A DNA stretch of 37,816 nt from a virus (Duplodnaviria > Heunggongvirae > Uroviricota > Caudoviricetes), in the IMG/VR virus record IMGVR_UViG_2563366922_000008, positions 1-37,816 of that record; one strand, written 5' to 3'. This document shows positions 7,999-19,846 of the stretch, piece after piece (the stretch's first letter is position 1; each line of letters opens with the position of its first letter). The translations under genes were made by a program, and so were the position numbers. Under the pieces are notes generated by a model that was not told where the DNA came from, searched no databases, and saw only the letters and a list, made by a program, of their open reading frames with translations.

Positions 7999-8951
7999 CA
8001 CTGCTCCGCAATGATTTTGATGGTTGTGGCAGTAAACGCCGCACCATTTGACTGAATGGTTAACGTGCTGCCATTTGTGGCAAGAAAGCCGTCTTTATCC
8101 ACGCTGAAGAACGTAGCTAACAGGATGTTGTCGGTTGTTGTCGCCGCATTACGACTGCTAACCAACGTATCAGGAACAGAACCGGAAAAAGTTAGCTGCA
8201 TTGACCTGTTGGCGGTTCCACTGGGCCACGTCCCGACAATTGATAGCTTGAAGAACAATGTTTTGTTCTCGTTGAACACAACCATCTTGTTGTTAACGGT
8301 GTCGAAGAATGGTGCCAACGTGCCGGATGACGGCGTGAGCGTTTTCAGCAGGCTAACAAGGTTGGTCGGCGCTATCGGGATGGTTACAGATACTCCTGAG
8401 TAAACAACCTCTGATTTCTTGCGCGTGATGGCATACTCAAGCGCAGATATTCTTGTTGAGTGATCACCAACTGTGCTTTGTAGCGTCGAAATACTTCCCT
8501 CTGCCGCTGTGAGCCTGGTATCAAGTGCGTCGATATCGGTTGTATTCTGAGTTATTCGCGCATCATGGTTTGCTAACTCAGATTCATTGGCAGCAATTCG
8601 CGTCTCGTGATCAGCCAGGTCTGTTTCGGCAGCCGTAATCCTTGTTTCATGATCTGCAAGAGTGCTTTCCGCTGCTGCGATTCTATGTTCATGATTGACG
8701 AGAGTTGCTTCAGCAGCAGCAATTCTGGATTCATGGTCTGCAAGGGTGACATCCTGCTCATCATTCTTCACCTGTGCATCATAAGCCCCCTTCCCTGCTT
8801 CGTTGGCCTTGTTAGCCACGTTACCAACATCAGTGCCCTGTGCGATAACGTACAGCAGATATGACTGCGAGAAGATATTGCGTGGAAGGACTGATGTGTC
8901 GAGTCGTGTAGCCTGAATGATTACCGGCTCATTGAGATTCGAATCAGCCAT
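7998..8951 (-). CDS. Tail needle protein, P22 gp26-like N-terminus with extended C-terminal domain
   Basis: 317-aa ORF; N-terminus [43 protein letters not shown] matches P22 gp26 as recalled; central tandem 14-residue repeats; about 85 aa longer than P22 gp26. Confidence 0.8.
   Translation of the reverse strand: MADSNLNEPVIIQATRLDTSVLPRNIFSQSYLLYVIAQGTDVGNVANKANEAGKGAYDAQVKNDEQDVTLADHESRIAAAEATLVNHEHRIAAAESTLADHETRITAAETDLADHETRIAANESELANHDARITQNTTDIDALDTRLTAAEGSISTLQSTVGDHSTRISALEYAITRKKSEVVYSGVSVTIPIAPTNLVSLLKTLTPSSGTLAPFFDTVNNKMVVFNENKTLFFKLSIVGTWPSGTANRSMQLTFSGSVPDTLVSSRNAATTTDNILLATFFSVDKDGFLATNGSTLTIQSNGAAFTATTIKIIAEQ
8545..8745 (-). repeat. In-frame tandem repeats (about 42 bp units) encoding ADHE(S/T)RI(A/T)AAE.. 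repeats of the needle coiled coil
   Basis: Four to five consecutive near-identical 14-aa units ([15 protein letters not shown] / [14 protein letters not shown] / [14 protein letters not shown] / [14 protein letters not shown]) visible in translation and DNA; coordinates approximate. Confidence 0.6.
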
Positions 8952-10369
8952 TACTCGATCCTTATCTGGCAGCCTGACAGAGTGACAGGTGACTTAGTGA
9001 TAACACGCAATTTGAAGCCGACATTTTTCCTGATGCGCCCAACTCGCTTCCACAAAACGCGTTTGTCGTAAACGAACGGTTCATTCTGCTCAATCATCTG
9101 CTCACGACCGTAATTGATGCCGTCAGTGGTTGCAGAGAGGAACAGGCGGTCGGCGTACTGAGCTACGCCAGTGGATGATTCCACCTCCAGATCGAAGCAT
9201 CTGGCGTTATCCGCTTTGAACAGTGGAGTAAACAGCAGGTGTTCCTGTTGAAGCCCATACTGGCTGCTGATATCGAACTGCAATTTGCCGGTAACAGATT
9301 CCAGCTTATCGCCGCACGTTATCTGATTGCCTTCGTAAATGAAGTCGATAGCGCGGTACACATCGTCATACAGGCCTGTTTTCAGCACACACCATTGCGG
9401 ACCATTGGCGCTTGAAGATGCGTCGTACACCAGAACATGGCGCGGAAGATGGATAATCAGCAGCTCATGCGCATCAAATCGCAGAGACTCCATTACGCCA
9501 TCAGCCAGTTCATCAGCAGTGTAGGAGCGTAGTATTTTCTCAATGCTCGCACTGGCGATTGGTGATACCTGGCCGGAGCCGATGATGTATACAGACGGAG
9601 CACCTGTTGCCGGATTGCTGATGAACGCATAGGAATCAGCGAATGGCGTTTTGCAATAGGTTCCGGCAATACCTTTCTGCACCATCAGCGATGGTTGTGC
9701 AACATACAAAGCGGCACCAACGGTGGTTGCACCAGTCAGGGAAAAATACTCAATCGTCGATGAACCAAAGCAGACGATGAAGTCTCGCCATGTTCCGATT
9801 CCGATGATGCCGTCAGGCTGCGACTCGGCACGATATTGTGCGCTGTAGCGGTCAGGATGCGATTCGTCTTCAAGGTCAGTGATAAACCATGAATCAGTGC
9901 CGTCTTTTGACCACGCATAACGCCCGCGTAAGCGCGTAATGTCACGAACAGAACCTAACTCATACTGCGTGAATCCGCTGTCTGTAGGCCAGTTTGAGAC
10001 GGTTTTAACCGTGCCATCATAACGATACTCGACCAGGTGACCATTAACGCCTACCGCCTGTGATGTCCGACCATGCGCCATTGATACGCGACCACTTCCG
10101 GCAACATCACCGACTTCACTTTCGCCCTTATACAGCTTGCCACCACACACGCGATAAACAGCATTCTGCGCCATGTTGTACTCGACGCCTCGCGATACGC
10201 CGTTCACATCAGAACGTTTGGCAATGCCCGGGAATGAGCGAAGATATCCGCTGCTGTTGAGGATTTCTTTGGGTGTAGCCAGCATATTCACTGGAAGATA
10301 GTCGATATAGTCGGCGTTTCGAAAGTCTTTGCCGACACCTTTCATAAGCGGAAGTTGCTGAATCGGCAT
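8951..10369 (-). CDS. Tail accessory / head completion protein, P22 gp10-like
   Basis: 472-aa ORF in gene-10 position; stop overlaps needle start (TAATG). Confidence 0.85.
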   Translation of the reverse strand: MPIQQLPLMKGVGKDFRNADYIDYLPVNMLATPKEILNSSGYLRSFPGIAKRSDVNGVSRGVEYNMAQNAVYRVCGGKLYKGESEVGDVAGSGRVSMAHGRTSQAVGVNGHLVEYRYDGTVKTVSNWPTDSGFTQYELGSVRDITRLRGRYAWSKDGTDSWFITDLEDESHPDRYSAQYRAESQPDGIIGIGTWRDFIVCFGSSTIEYFSLTGATTVGAALYVAQPSLMVQKGIAGTYCKTPFADSYAFISNPATGAPSVYIIGSGQVSPIASASIEKILRSYTADELADGVMESLRFDAHELLIIHLPRHVLVYDASSSANGPQWCVLKTGLYDDVYRAIDFIYEGNQITCGDKLESVTGKLQFDISSQYGLQQEHLLFTPLFKADNARCFDLEVESSTGVAQYADRLFLSATTDGINYGREQMIEQNEPFVYDKRVLWKRVGRIRKNVGFKLRVITKSPVTLSGCQIRIE

Positions 10370-10869
10370 TATTCGCTCCCGTTATCGCAAGGTTCCTTTC
10401 GGTGGAAGTAATTCCAACCGTTCCACTTCGCCAACTGGTTACCGCTACCAACAGGCATACGGTTTGGATAACCGGACTTACATTTAGCGGCTTTTGCTCT
10501 GTCCATTGCAGACAGTTTGACGAGTCGCTCTTTCCCGTATCTGGCAGTGGTTATAAGTTTTGCAGACGCTTCCAGCGCATAATCTGGAGCAATGCGGCAG
10601 GCAAGGTTGAAAATGACGGCATTGATAGCGTTATTTGATAAACCGTGCTCATCGCCCGGATCCGGAGCAACATCTGCATCAGCAAAAATGTAGCCAACGC
10701 TGATACCAGGTGACGCATCACCGCCAAGCCATTCCGCCATCATCATTTCAAGGTCGTTGATACCATCTTCCATGGACTGAGGTTCGACATCGGTTAACGT
10801 GGCATTTGATGCCACACCGAGCTTACGTAATGCCGCAAGAACTAAATCACCCTTCGTTGTCAGGTTCAT
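10369..10869 (-). CDS. Tail accessory / head completion protein, P22 gp4-like
   Basis: ATG at 10869 gives 166 aa [33 protein letters not shown]...[14 protein letters not shown]..., the size of P22 gp4; table start 10935 is TTG. Confidence 0.8.
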   Translation of the reverse strand: MNLTTKGDLVLAALRKLGVASNATLTDVEPQSMEDGINDLEMMMAEWLGGDASPGISVGYIFADADVAPDPGDEHGLSNNAINAVIFNLACRIAPDYALEASAKLITTARYGKERLVKLSAMDRAKAAKCKSGYPNRMPVGSGNQLAKWNGWNYFHRKEPCDNGSE

Positions 10870-11077
10870 CTGCTGCCGCCTTAGGTTTTCGACCAGGCTT
10901 TTTACGCTGCTTTTCTTCTGGCTCTGGCTCCGCAACGTCCTTCAGAAGGTCATCGGGATGTGCAAACCAACCAGCATCCAGATATTCCTGAATCTCTTCG
11001 GCTTTCACAATTTCAAAGTCGTAGCCAACGCCTTTCCACTTCTTCATGTCGCCATGACGAAAGATCATGTGTGTCAT
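10847..11077 (-). CDS. Hypothetical 76-aa protein between coat and gp4 genes
   Basis: ATG at 11077 with GGAG 8 nt upstream; [45 protein letters not shown]...; charged C-terminal tail; an alternative GTG at 11125 overlaps coat stop. Confidence 0.4.
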   Translation of the reverse strand: MTHMIFRHGDMKKWKGVGYDFEIVKAEEIQEYLDAGWFAHPDDLLKDVAEPEPEEKQRKKPGRKPKAAADEPDNEG

Positions 11078-11121
11078 GCTTGTCTCCAGATAAAAAAGGG
11101 AGCCGAAGCTCCCTCTGGTTA

Positions 11122-12417
11122 TCACGCGGTCTGGTTAGGCAGACCAACACCAATTGCCTCTGGTCGTACAGCACATGCTGAATACCACACAGCAATACGG
11201 CACTTACCAGACAGAGTATTGATATCACCCTGCGTTGCGAAGATGCCGTTAACACCAATACCAGGAATGCTGAAGGAAGAAGTTTTCATGCCAGCAAACA
11301 GTTCATGGGTTACCGGAATCGGCTGAGACAGCAGGCGGATTGAGTCATCAGCCCAGAACACGTTAGCGGTGGTTGTTGCCACGTTCAGAACGTTTACCGG
11401 AGTGGTATCAGCAAGAGAGGTGTTTACGTTAGCGTAAGCCTTCTCTTCTTTTGTCAGTGACGCGTCATCCAGCGCAATCGGCTTCGGCGTGATTTCGATG
11501 TGAGTACTATCGATCACACGGGTGATTGAGAAAGTCGCGTCATCAGTCAGCACATTCTTCGCCATCTGAGACAGGAACTTCACACCAGTGAAGCTGATTT
11601 TGTCGCCGCGCTTAAATCCGGTGGTGGAGGATACGGTCACCGTTGCAACACGGTTGTCGACGTTCTCTTTGTTACCATCGGTATCAAGGGTGTACGCCTG
11701 CGGCTTAAACTTCTGCGCACCAGAAACAGTCACACCAGTAGCGGTTGACTTGGTAACTGCCGGAAGTTTCGGTGAGCGCAGAATTTCATCAAAGCCAGCA
11801 ATCTGACGCTGAATAGTACCGTTGCGATACGCGTCTTCAGGAACGCGACCGAAGATGTCACCATCTACCAGGTTACGGCCTGCTTTGCGGTAATCGTCAG
11901 GGTTCAGGAAGTAACTGATGCCCATGTCGCGGTTGAGTTCTCGGGAGAACATCAGGCGCTCTGCATCAGACACAAAATCCCAGCCAGACAGGCCAGTAGA
12001 TGGACCAATTGCGCGGGTATCGTGAACAACAAGCGAGCCAATTTCAGTTGCCTGTTTGGCAATCGCTGACTCAATGTTATTCGCCAGTTTTTTGGCGGAT
12101 GCCTGGATGCGGCGACGGTAAGAACGCTCATCACGCAGGTCATCTGCACGAAGCTCGAAGAAATCGTTATCCGGATCGCCCATGTTGCATTTCACGGACA
12201 GTTCCAGAATACCGGTAGCGTTGCCAGTTAAATCCCAGCCAGTCTGAGTTGGCGCTTCCTGCTCAACAGGCATCCACACGGTGTTGCTTGAACGTTGCAT
12301 GGATTCTGCCGGAGGGGTGTATTTTGTCACTTTAGACGCCATTGGCGTCAGGTTCTGGATGGTTTCGATGATTTCATCCAGAGCATACGTGACCAGTTGA
12401 CCTTCATTTAATGCCAT
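11122..12417 (-). CDS. Major capsid (coat) protein, P22 gp5-like
   Basis: 431-aa [30 protein letters not shown]...[15 protein letters not shown]...; closely resembles P22 coat protein as recalled. Confidence 0.9.
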   Translation of the reverse strand: MALNEGQLVTYALDEIIETIQNLTPMASKVTKYTPPAESMQRSSNTVWMPVEQEAPTQTGWDLTGNATGILELSVKCNMGDPDNDFFELRADDLRDERSYRRRIQASAKKLANNIESAIAKQATEIGSLVVHDTRAIGPSTGLSGWDFVSDAERLMFSRELNRDMGISYFLNPDDYRKAGRNLVDGDIFGRVPEDAYRNGTIQRQIAGFDEILRSPKLPAVTKSTATGVTVSGAQKFKPQAYTLDTDGNKENVDNRVATVTVSSTTGFKRGDKISFTGVKFLSQMAKNVLTDDATFSITRVIDSTHIEITPKPIALDDASLTKEEKAYANVNTSLADTTPVNVLNVATTTANVFWADDSIRLLSQPIPVTHELFAGMKTSSFSIPGIGVNGIFATQGDINTLSGKCRIAVWYSACAVRPEAIGVGLPNQTA

Positions 12418-13328
12418 TATCGAATTCCTTTATTCAGTTGCGCCTTGAGCTTGCGGTATGTCTCTACATCCCCTTTGTTTGCTGCCGCTTCCATCTGCTT
12501 TTCAATCGCAGAAATATTTGCAGCAACAGCGTGTCCCTGAATGGGTTCATCAGGTAACGGGGCTTCTGAAACAGGCTTGGCTCGAGGCTTGAGAGTTAAA
12601 CGTTCTGACAGTCGAGTGAGTTCAATCAGCGCGGATTGCCCGTCCATCGCCAGCAACTGGCGTGTTTTCTCAGGATTAGCACCAAGGTGATACATGAGAG
12701 CGGCGGATTTCTCCGGGAAGAGGCGCATGATGTCGGCACCGACTGCTGGCGGCACCAGTTGCATGAATGCATCCTCTTTCTCCTGATAGTCAGGGATATT
12801 GAGCTTTTCCGCTGCGTCGTAGTGCTTACGGGCTGCCTCGACGTATTGCGCTGATTGCTGGGTGAACTCCTGAGTTTTGCGACCCTGCTCGGCGACAGCC
12901 TGGCTTCGTGCGTCCATAGCCTTGATCTGCCATTCACTGTTTGCCTGCTGGAAGGCAGCCAGTGCGCGGCTCTGGTCATAGTCGTACTTAGCCAGTGCAT
13001 CTTCGGAAAGATAATCGTTAGGGTCTGGTTGTTTTGGTAACTCAGGGTTCACCCGCAGGTGCTCCGGCAACTCTCCACGCTTAACCGCTTCCATCTGCTG
13101 CTCAAGCTCACGCTGGCGTTTGCGTTCAATGCGGCGACGGGCAAATTCAGCATTAGTTGCCGGGTCTTGTTTTGGTTTCTCATCGTCTTTCAGGACAATC
13201 TCGAAGCCTTCTTCCTGACCTGCGTTGTCGTTGGCATTATCGACAACTAAGCCATCAGCAGATGCCGCTGCATGATTGTCGGGCAGGGTTAATTCTTCAG
13301 AAGCCTGAATGTCGGTGGTTTGGTCCAT
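12417..13328 (-). CDS. Scaffolding protein, P22 gp8-like
   Basis: 303-aa ORF ...[21 protein letters not shown]...[30 protein letters not shown]...; same length as P22 gp8; stop overlaps coat start. Confidence 0.9.
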   Translation of the reverse strand: MDQTTDIQASEELTLPDNHAAASADGLVVDNANDNAGQEEGFEIVLKDDEKPKQDPATNAEFARRRIERKRQRELEQQMEAVKRGELPEHLRVNPELPKQPDPNDYLSEDALAKYDYDQSRALAAFQQANSEWQIKAMDARSQAVAEQGRKTQEFTQQSAQYVEAARKHYDAAEKLNIPDYQEKEDAFMQLVPPAVGADIMRLFPEKSAALMYHLGANPEKTRQLLAMDGQSALIELTRLSERLTLKPRAKPVSEAPLPDEPIQGHAVAANISAIEKQMEAAANKGDVETYRKLKAQLNKGIR

Positions 13329-13341
13329 GGTTAACTCTCTC

Positions 13342-15507
13342 TTATTGAGGTGTCTCGGCTACTCCGCCGGAGGGGATTTGAACTTGACGCATAAGATTCG
13401 CGAAATCCATGCGTTGTGAATGAGTCTGGTCTGCATCTTTAAGAAGCAGCTCAGCGTTAGCACGAGCATCTTTGCTGCGCTGTTGCTGGAATTGACCTAC
13501 GAGCTTGAGGTACTCACGCAGTTCTGCCTGCTTGTCTAGGTCCATATTGTTGAAGATTTCCGCAATCTTCGCGGCGTTGAGTTGGTTTTGGGCTTCAACC
13601 TTGGCGGCTTCAACCTGAATCTGCGCCTGTTGGTTCTCTGCCTTGAGCAATTCAGCCTGACCTTGCAGAAGGATACCCTGCGCCTGAATTTGCTCTGCTG
13701 ATGGCTGCTGCGGCTGCTGTTGAGCCTGCTGTACCATCTCCATCTCTTCAGGTGTTTCTGGTTTCTTCAGCCCCATCATCACCAGTTGCTTGTTCGCGTA
13801 CTCTCGCATCATCTCGACGCCTTTACCGTCAAGCAGCGTGAAGTATTGCAGCATCAGCATCTGGAACTCTGGAGTACCTTGCGGAACCTTGGTGAGTAAC
13901 TCCTGAATCTCTGCGCGGTTCTGTTCCTTCATGCTCTGGAAGGATGGCCCAACGTCCGTATAGCACTCATAGCGACCACGAATGTCGTTGAGTGTGACCA
14001 CATTGCCGGACTGGTAATCGACAACTTGTGCATAGAGTTGAACGTCTTTCTCGCTTCCATCTTCAAGTGTCAGCGTTACATGACGAGGAACGTCATAAAT
14101 ATCGTTGACCATTGAGGCATAAATCTCGCCATCACGTCGCATTGCGGTAGCCAGGTTATCCTGAAACACGTATGTCTCAAGGTCTGCCCGCATGTTCAGT
14201 TGATTGACGGTATCGAAAGCTACCTGACCATTTGCCGCCTGCGCATCCACGCCAAGACTAGCCACCTCTTTCACTGCGTTGGTGGCAGCCTCAAGCATGT
14301 AAGCGTTGGCTTGCGGCACTTCAGGGTTTTCCATGTAGGAGATTGGACCAATCGGCAGGTCGTTACCGTTTTCATCGGTCCTGTTCTGCAGATAGTACGG
14401 ATAGTCATCATTTCCACCGTACATGTATTCGTAGCCTTCGATTTGCTCAGGGAAGAAGGTCGGTTTCTTCTTCGGTGAACGAGCAACGATATCGGCGTTG
14501 AACGACATGATCATGTTACGAAGGCGCTGACCGTCTTTCGTCAGCCTTACCACTCCTTCGTAGCACTCCTTGTCACCAGCGAATGACCATTCGCCATACA
14601 CTGGAACGATTGGAATATGCTCTCCGGCTATCTTCTCGCGGTCTTTCAGTATCTGCGTGCAGGTGATGATCGACTTATACACACGCCGACGCTTGACCTT
14701 ACGCTCTGCTACCTTAATGAATCCACGATTAGCCAGGTCGTCGATGACGTCTTTGATATCCTGCTGGTAATAGCTGACCGGCTCACCTGTCAGCGGGTCG
14801 CGGTAGATGAAGACCTTCTCTTTCTTCTCTTCGACCTCGTAATACTCAGCGACGTAGACGACATCATTCGATACCCACGGAAACAGCCATGTATCGTTCG
14901 GATTCTGGAAAGATGGCAAGGTGTCCGGATCAATACCGTAATCCTCTGCGAACTCTTTCCAGCCATTGCGCGACAAGGCGTTAATCACCGTGCAGTGCTT
15001 AGCGTCGCTCTTATCCATCTGCTTGCTGTTGGCGTCCCATATGACGTGTGAGCAGGCTTCATGAATTGGCAGGCGTCTGATTACCTGATTGTTGCTTGTT
15101 GGGTCGTTGTCTTCGTACTGTGTGACCAGACGCCATGCACCAACGCCGGACTCTATCTGCTCACGAACGCCAACGTTAACGGCAATCTTTGCCGTGTTAT
15201 GGCGCATATCAGTACGATACATCCCCATCAACACATCGGCTGCATCAGGACTAGCGCCGTCTTTGGGTCGGAAGAGAACGTCGATAGGGTTCCGGCGCAT
15301 CTCTGCGACCAGTTTCCTGACCACCGGGCGAACAACATCGAATTGTCCGCGATATTGCAGGGTGGTGTAGTTTGATAGCCAGTCATCCCATTGCGACACT
15401 CGGCTAAAATACAGGTCATTTGTCGCCTCGGTTCTGGCTTCATCGCTCGCCATCCAGTCTGCGTCAAACTTACACAGAATGGAATTGAGTCTGTTTTCGT
15501 CGGCCAT
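13342..15507 (-). CDS. Portal protein, P22 gp1-like
   Basis: 721-aa ORF ...[73 protein letters not shown]...; size and order as P22 gene 1. Confidence 0.9.
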   Translation of the reverse strand: MADENRLNSILCKFDADWMASDEARTEATNDLYFSRVSQWDDWLSNYTTLQYRGQFDVVRPVVRKLVAEMRRNPIDVLFRPKDGASPDAADVLMGMYRTDMRHNTAKIAVNVGVREQIESGVGAWRLVTQYEDNDPTSNNQVIRRLPIHEACSHVIWDANSKQMDKSDAKHCTVINALSRNGWKEFAEDYGIDPDTLPSFQNPNDTWLFPWVSNDVVYVAEYYEVEEKKEKVFIYRDPLTGEPVSYYQQDIKDVIDDLANRGFIKVAERKVKRRRVYKSIITCTQILKDREKIAGEHIPIVPVYGEWSFAGDKECYEGVVRLTKDGQRLRNMIMSFNADIVARSPKKKPTFFPEQIEGYEYMYGGNDDYPYYLQNRTDENGNDLPIGPISYMENPEVPQANAYMLEAATNAVKEVASLGVDAQAANGQVAFDTVNQLNMRADLETYVFQDNLATAMRRDGEIYASMVNDIYDVPRHVTLTLEDGSEKDVQLYAQVVDYQSGNVVTLNDIRGRYECYTDVGPSFQSMKEQNRAEIQELLTKVPQGTPEFQMLMLQYFTLLDGKGVEMMREYANKQLVMMGLKKPETPEEMEMVQQAQQQPQQPSAEQIQAQGILLQGQAELLKAENQQAQIQVEAAKVEAQNQLNAAKIAEIFNNMDLDKQAELREYLKLVGQFQQQRSKDARANAELLLKDADQTHSQRMDFANLMRQVQIPSGGVAETPQ

Positions 15508-17007
15508 TTAAGTTCTCCGTGCGATGGGCCTGATTGGGGCTGGTATCTTTTTCTCTTTTGGTTTTTTGATGTCGCGCATCATTTTGGCGAAGCGGCGCAT
15601 CATGTATGCATAGCGAACGGCGGAGAGAACGTCATCGTTAAGCTTGACGATCTTCCCGTTTTCATCACGGTGATAGAGGCGAAACTCCTCAAAGAATGGC
15701 TCACAGGTGTTGAATACTTTGAAGCGACCATCAAGCATCATGTCTCGCAATTCAGTGATGCCAGGCTCAACAGCATTACCGCCATCAGGCCATGTCGCAT
15801 GCTCCTGCAACATCATAAAACCAGCATCTGCATACTGCCCTTTGAGCTGCTCACCGCCGCCCTTCTCATGCTGGTTTCCGTCATGAGGCCATGCTGTTGG
15901 CACTTTATGCGCCCATGATTTAACAGCTCCCCATGCCTGAACGGCTGTTTTTTCTTTCGCCTTCCACACGCGTGAAACGTAGATTGTGTCTGCGTCCTTA
16001 TCCCACCAAAGCTGAACCTGCGCCTGCGGGTGATCCCATCCGAAATCCATCCCGCCAATTACGTAGAAGTGATCAGGGCACTCAAACGGCTGACACTTAA
16101 TCGTCTCTTCCGGTATCTGGAAGATTCGCCCGCTACCCATCGTAGGAATACCGCGAGCACGCGCCTCTCTCTCATGCTCAGGATAGGATGCGATGATTTG
16201 CTCTTTCTGCTCGTCGGTGTAGTGCTCAGCGTCATAGATGGTCATGTTGACCACTTTCTGCGACTTGCTGGGATTCTTCAGGAACTTGGTAACAACGTCA
16301 GACATCCCCATCAGCGGGGTAAACGTCAGAATTGAGAATTGCCCGTATTTGTTGGTACGGGTAAGACCTTCGCCATAAATGCTGTATGGTGGCTCTTCGT
16401 CAAACCACACGCCGTGGATTGTGTCACCCTGCCAGCGAGCACGGCCTTGCGAGTATGGTTTGAAGTAGCAGATTGAAATGCCATCTTCAACGCCATCAGC
16501 CGTGTGATGCTTAACCAGAAGGTGATCAACAAGGTTCGGAAAGAAAGGAGACTTCTTCCAGCTAATGATGTCTTCTTTAGGTATGGAACCGTAGCCTGGC
16601 TCATCATTCTCTTCGATACGACCACACAGGATGCGTTGAGTCGTTTTGGTTACAGTCTCGTTTGTCTCGCCGCCAATCCAGAAGACAACAGGCTCATAGA
16701 AACGCTTACCTTTCCACTCCCCACCATATTTACCATCAGCAGGATAGCCTTTTGTGCCCGGATAACGCCCTGTAAGGTGAAACGCGACTTCAGCAGCACC
16801 AGTAAATGACTTACCAAGCTGGTTACCAGCCATAAAACATCGCTCTGGATAGTCATGTCCGGCGTCGATGAACTCACGCTGTTTGCTGTATGGCGTAAAT
16901 TCATATAGCAGGTGTGTGTTCCGGTAGTTCTCTTCTTCTTCGAGTAGCTCGAGCAATTCGATTTGCTCTTCGTCGCTCAAGTTATCAAGAATCGCGTCCA
17001 GTTCCAC
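15508..17007 (-). CDS. Terminase large subunit, P22 gp2-like
   Basis: 499-aa [70 protein letters not shown]...; apparent GTG start with AAGGAG upstream. Confidence 0.9.
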   Translation of the reverse strand: MELDAILDNLSDEEQIELLELLEEEENYRNTHLLYEFTPYSKQREFIDAGHDYPERCFMAGNQLGKSFTGAAEVAFHLTGRYPGTKGYPADGKYGGEWKGKRFYEPVVFWIGGETNETVTKTTQRILCGRIEENDEPGYGSIPKEDIISWKKSPFFPNLVDHLLVKHHTADGVEDGISICYFKPYSQGRARWQGDTIHGVWFDEEPPYSIYGEGLTRTNKYGQFSILTFTPLMGMSDVVTKFLKNPSKSQKVVNMTIYDAEHYTDEQKEQIIASYPEHEREARARGIPTMGSGRIFQIPEETIKCQPFECPDHFYVIGGMDFGWDHPQAQVQLWWDKDADTIYVSRVWKAKEKTAVQAWGAVKSWAHKVPTAWPHDGNQHEKGGGEQLKGQYADAGFMMLQEHATWPDGGNAVEPGITELRDMMLDGRFKVFNTCEPFFEEFRLYHRDENGKIVKLNDDVLSAVRYAYMMRRFAKMMRDIKKPKEKKIPAPIRPIARRT

Positions 17008-17473
17008 GGTTGAATAGCTCCTTGATACGAGAGCGTCGCTTATCGCGATCTCCCTTATCAGGTGTCACGTCTTCAACTTGCGACTGCTCTTTGAGGCCCA
17101 AATCACGGGCGATGATATTAGCGTTGAGAAGGTCAGCGGCTGCGCCAGAGAATTTCTGGTCGTAGATGACCTGCTCTGCTCGCGTAACGACTTCAGATAA
17201 ATCTTCTCGCAGGCGATATGTGCGCCATGTTTCAAGCGTCACATCAATGAACAGAGTGAGGCCGGTAATGGTCATCGCTCGCATCTTGGCGATAGGCTCT
17301 TGTATCACTTCACCCTGATACGAGAACGCCTTCATCTCCCATAGCGGGTTAGCTTCAACCCACTCGAAGTATTCACAACAAGCAGCCCACAGCGCCTCGG
17401 GCGATTCGAATTTAGGGTTTCGCCCATGACTACTGCGGGCCTCCCAAAATCGGTTGCCCTTTGGTGCTGCCAT
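16985..17473 (-). CDS. Terminase small subunit, P22 gp3-like
   Basis: ATG at 17473 gives 162 aa [48 protein letters not shown]...; overlaps terminase large subunit start as in P22. Confidence 0.85.
   Translation of the reverse strand: MAAPKGNRFWEARSSHGRNPKFESPEALWAACCEYFEWVEANPLWEMKAFSYQGEVIQEPIAKMRAMTITGLTLFIDVTLETWRTYRLREDLSEVVTRAEQVIYDQKFSGAAADLLNANIIARDLGLKEQSQVEDVTPDKGDRDKRRSRIKELFNRGTGRDS
17185..17206 (-). other. pac-like packaging site inside small terminase gene
   Basis: Minus-strand GAAGATTTATCTGAAGTCGTTA resembles the 22-bp P22 pac sequence (recalled from memory, about 20/22) and encodes ...LSEVVT... in the gp3 frame. Confidence 0.4.
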
Positions 17474-17496
17474 ATTCATCTCACTTAGTTGTTATT

Positions 17497-17676
17497 TCAG
17501 GCTGAGGACTCTTTCGCGCCTTCAATCAGTGACTGCTTCAGCAATTCGAGTGTGCCAATCGCCTCGCATAAACTGATTTCACCATCGTAATCATGGATGA
17601 CGCTTTCAAGCCGCTCGTATAGCTCTTGAGTAATTGGGAATTTCTTCTCCTTACCAAGATCAACGACGCTTGTCAT
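17497..17676 (-). CDS. Hypothetical 59-aa protein upstream of small terminase
   Basis: ATG at 17676; MTSVVDLGKEKKFPITQELYERLESVIHDYDGEISLCEAIGTLELLKQSLIEGAKESSA; below the 60-aa cutoff of the ORF table, translated by hand. Confidence 0.3.
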   Translation of the reverse strand: MTSVVDLGKEKKFPITQELYERLESVIHDYDGEISLCEAIGTLELLKQSLIEGAKESSA

Positions 17677-17685
17677 AGAGGATTC

Positions 17686-17973
17686 CTATAATTTTGAATA
17701 TCCAGACTCAAATACCTCAGCAGGAGAATATGATTCATATCCATCCTCATAGACAACGTAATAGCCTCCAGACATTGGTCGGTGCTTACAGATATATTCC
17801 GCGCTAACATCAAATGCTGCGTATTTCTTATCATCCGGATGAATAATTGCCCCATAACTAGAAGAGCCAGTCTTACCAGACTGATCTGGGTTTGGCTTAT
17901 GTTCTATAGAGCCAATCTTCAGGGCGCGAACTTTTTTGTGGCACTGGTATCTCGGCATTTCTTGTTCAGTCAT
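17686..17973 (-). CDS. Hypothetical 95-aa protein
   Basis: ORF MTEQEMPRYQCHKKVRALKIGSIEHKPNPDQSGKTG...YVVYEDGYESYSPAEVFESGYSKL; GGAG 9 nt upstream. Confidence 0.5.
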   Translation of the reverse strand: MTEQEMPRYQCHKKVRALKIGSIEHKPNPDQSGKTGSSSYGAIIHPDDKKYAAFDVSAEYICKHRPMSGGYYVVYEDGYESYSPAEVFESGYSKL

Positions 17974-17976
17974 CTC

Positions 17977-18231
17977 TTACACTCCGGTAGTGAACAGGTC
18001 TAACGCTTCCTTCGATTTACGCACCGCTTCGATAGTGCGGGTCGTGATATCTGAATTAGCGCCGCCTGACTGGAAGTGAATTTTGAATAGCTCAAGCTTC
18101 AGCTCGTCAGTGCCAATGAATTGAAATGCTTCTTCTGCGGCTGCGTTCTGGTTCATGACCAGTTTGTAAATCTCTAACTGGAATTTCTGTTCTTCAGTCA
18201 TGGGAATAATCTCTGCCATTGTTGGCTCCAT
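17977..18231 (-). CDS. Hypothetical 84-aa protein
   Basis: ORF MEPTMAEIIPMTEEQKFQLEIYKLVMNQNAAAEEAFQFIG...; start ambiguous (ATG 18231 or 18219). Confidence 0.45.
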   Translation of the reverse strand: MEPTMAEIIPMTEEQKFQLEIYKLVMNQNAAAEEAFQFIGTDELKLELFKIHFQSGGANSDITTRTIEAVRKSKEALDLFTTGV

Positions 18232-18322
18232 TTATCCGTTAAAAGGGATATCAGTTAAGTTATCCCGTGTAGGGTATAAGCCATTATCAAAGCCACTCTG
18301 TAGGGAATGGCTTTTGTAATAA

Positions 18323-18703
18323 CTACTGTTCGCTTAGCTTCTGCTTCAGCAAGTAACCTTCGAGCATCCAGATTTTGTTTACAGCATTCTGCCGGGCAAT
18401 CTTCCGACCAATTTCTGCATCAAAATTTTCCGGACTTGCACAGGCACTCTCTCCGGTGACGGTGAAGCCATTCTTCAGCACCAGTACGCAGAAAGTGAGC
18501 AACTTCAATGGTGATAAATCACGATCGCCTTCTTCTGGTTTTTCCCTGCCACAATATTCGTTGCTGGAAATGGCACCATTTCGTCCATCATAAGCAGTAA
18601 AGTAATGCTCGCTTTTAATCACGTCTTCGATGTGCTGCGGGGTGATTCGCGGTGCCGTTTTGCCTTTCTCAACGATTTCTTTTTCGATTTGCTGGTCGTT
18701 CAT
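18323..18703 (-). CDS. Hypothetical 126-aa protein
   Basis: ORF MNDQQIEKEIVEKGKTAPRITPQHIEDVIKSEHYFTAYDG...; ATG start. Confidence 0.5.
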   Translation of the reverse strand: MNDQQIEKEIVEKGKTAPRITPQHIEDVIKSEHYFTAYDGRNGAISSNEYCGREKPEEGDRDLSPLKLLTFCVLVLKNGFTVTGESACASPENFDAEIGRKIARQNAVNKIWMLEGYLLKQKLSEQ

Positions 18704-18986
18704 AATTATGACCCTGTGGAGTGGTTGCTTGATTAGGATGTCTTTCCATCAGTCCGCCACCACAAAGAATCTTTTTTGCCATAAGGCAGGAGGTTCATCT
18801 TTCAGTGGCTGCCAGTGTTATTTCCCCACTTACTGGCTTGGGTTGTTTCGCGGTACTGCCGTAACTGGTGGTGCACAGATTTAGTTAAATCTGTTCTCGC
18901 CTGAACTATCTTTTACATACCCGGATTGTGGGGATGTAAATCACGGTTTCATTATCAAGCCCACCCGTAGATGGGCTTTGGAATGG

Positions 18987-19505
18987 TCACTTTGGCAGTC
19001 CGGGGATCGATATTTGCGCCTGCTGCTCAAGCCTTTTGATTCTTGCTATGAGTTGCGGTTTTTTGATCCTGCCCCAGCGGTTCAGCAAGCGTCCTGACAT
19101 ACTGGCAACATCCTTTTCCTTCATGAACTCCAGCATTAACTCGTTGTGCTCTCTTTGGTATGAGTGAGCCATCTCCATCAGCCTGTCACGCATCCAATTA
19201 AATGCTTTGATAAACGCCTCTTTGATGGCGGCAGCTTTTTTGCCGGTAAACGACATGATGATGTACATCGCACCGTCTTTGGAAATTTCATATTCAACAT
19301 ACTGATTACCCTTGTGTTCATAGGTAACCCGCGAAAAGTTGCTGGTTAGAAATTCATCCGAACATTCTAGCTTTTCGATTTTCTGAATGATGTGGTGATG
19401 CTGCTTGTCGAAGTAAGCTGCTACCTTGCGGGAGGTTGTGATCACGCGATCACCAGAAACAACCACCATGTCCCGGAAATCGAGATTAGCCAATTGATGA
19501 TTCAT
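18987..19505 (-). CDS. Rha-family phage regulatory protein
   Basis: ATG at 19505 gives MNHQLANLDFRDMVVVSGDRVITTSRKVAAYFDKQHHHIIQKIEKLE...YEHKGNQYVEYEISKDGAMYIIMSFTGKKAAAIKEAFIKAFNWM, typical of the Rha (Phage_pRha) family; table start 19541 is GTG. Confidence 0.7.
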   Translation of the reverse strand: MNHQLANLDFRDMVVVSGDRVITTSRKVAAYFDKQHHHIIQKIEKLECSDEFLTSNFSRVTYEHKGNQYVEYEISKDGAMYIIMSFTGKKAAAIKEAFIKAFNWMRDRLMEMAHSYQREHNELMLEFMKEKDVASMSGRLLNRWGRIKKPQLIARIKRLEQQAQISIPGLPK

Positions 19506-19846
19506 AGCGTCTTTACCTTTTAGAAAGTGAGCCTGTCTCACAGAAAAGCCGCCCGAGAGAGGTCGCCACCTATAACGGCATTTCTCAGGCTCGCTTACTG
19601 AAAGGCTCTCGTTAATATGCGCGTGAGATGCGCTGTGAAATTCAGATATAAAAAGCCCCGCGAATGCGAGGCTAAATCCTGGTGTTTGTGATGACTGGCT
19701 CTTATCTCAACGCAGCCCCTTACCGCGCGCCAGATGCTCAATATCAAGCATCAGCAATGAGATGTTTAATCTGGATTCACTCCAGAAGTGATCACCACCC
19801 TGTCTACAGAGCCAAATGTGAAGGATGATGAGTAAAATTATCGCTA

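Noticed and set aside
8545-8745. Tandem direct repeats considered as a possible CRISPR or VNTR array
   Set aside because: Repeats are in frame within the needle gene and encode heptad-like coiled-coil units; there are no unique spacers.
10799-11326. 175-aa plus-strand ORF overlapping the coat-gp4 junction
   Set aside because: Antisense to the coat protein and gp4 genes, which are strongly supported by similarity to P22; no RBS.
19542-19846. Search for a bor-like lipoprotein or other gene in the 300-bp gap after Rz
   Set aside because: Only ORFs under about 25 codons without convincing RBS were found; treated as non-coding, though a small RNA or regulatory element cannot be excluded.
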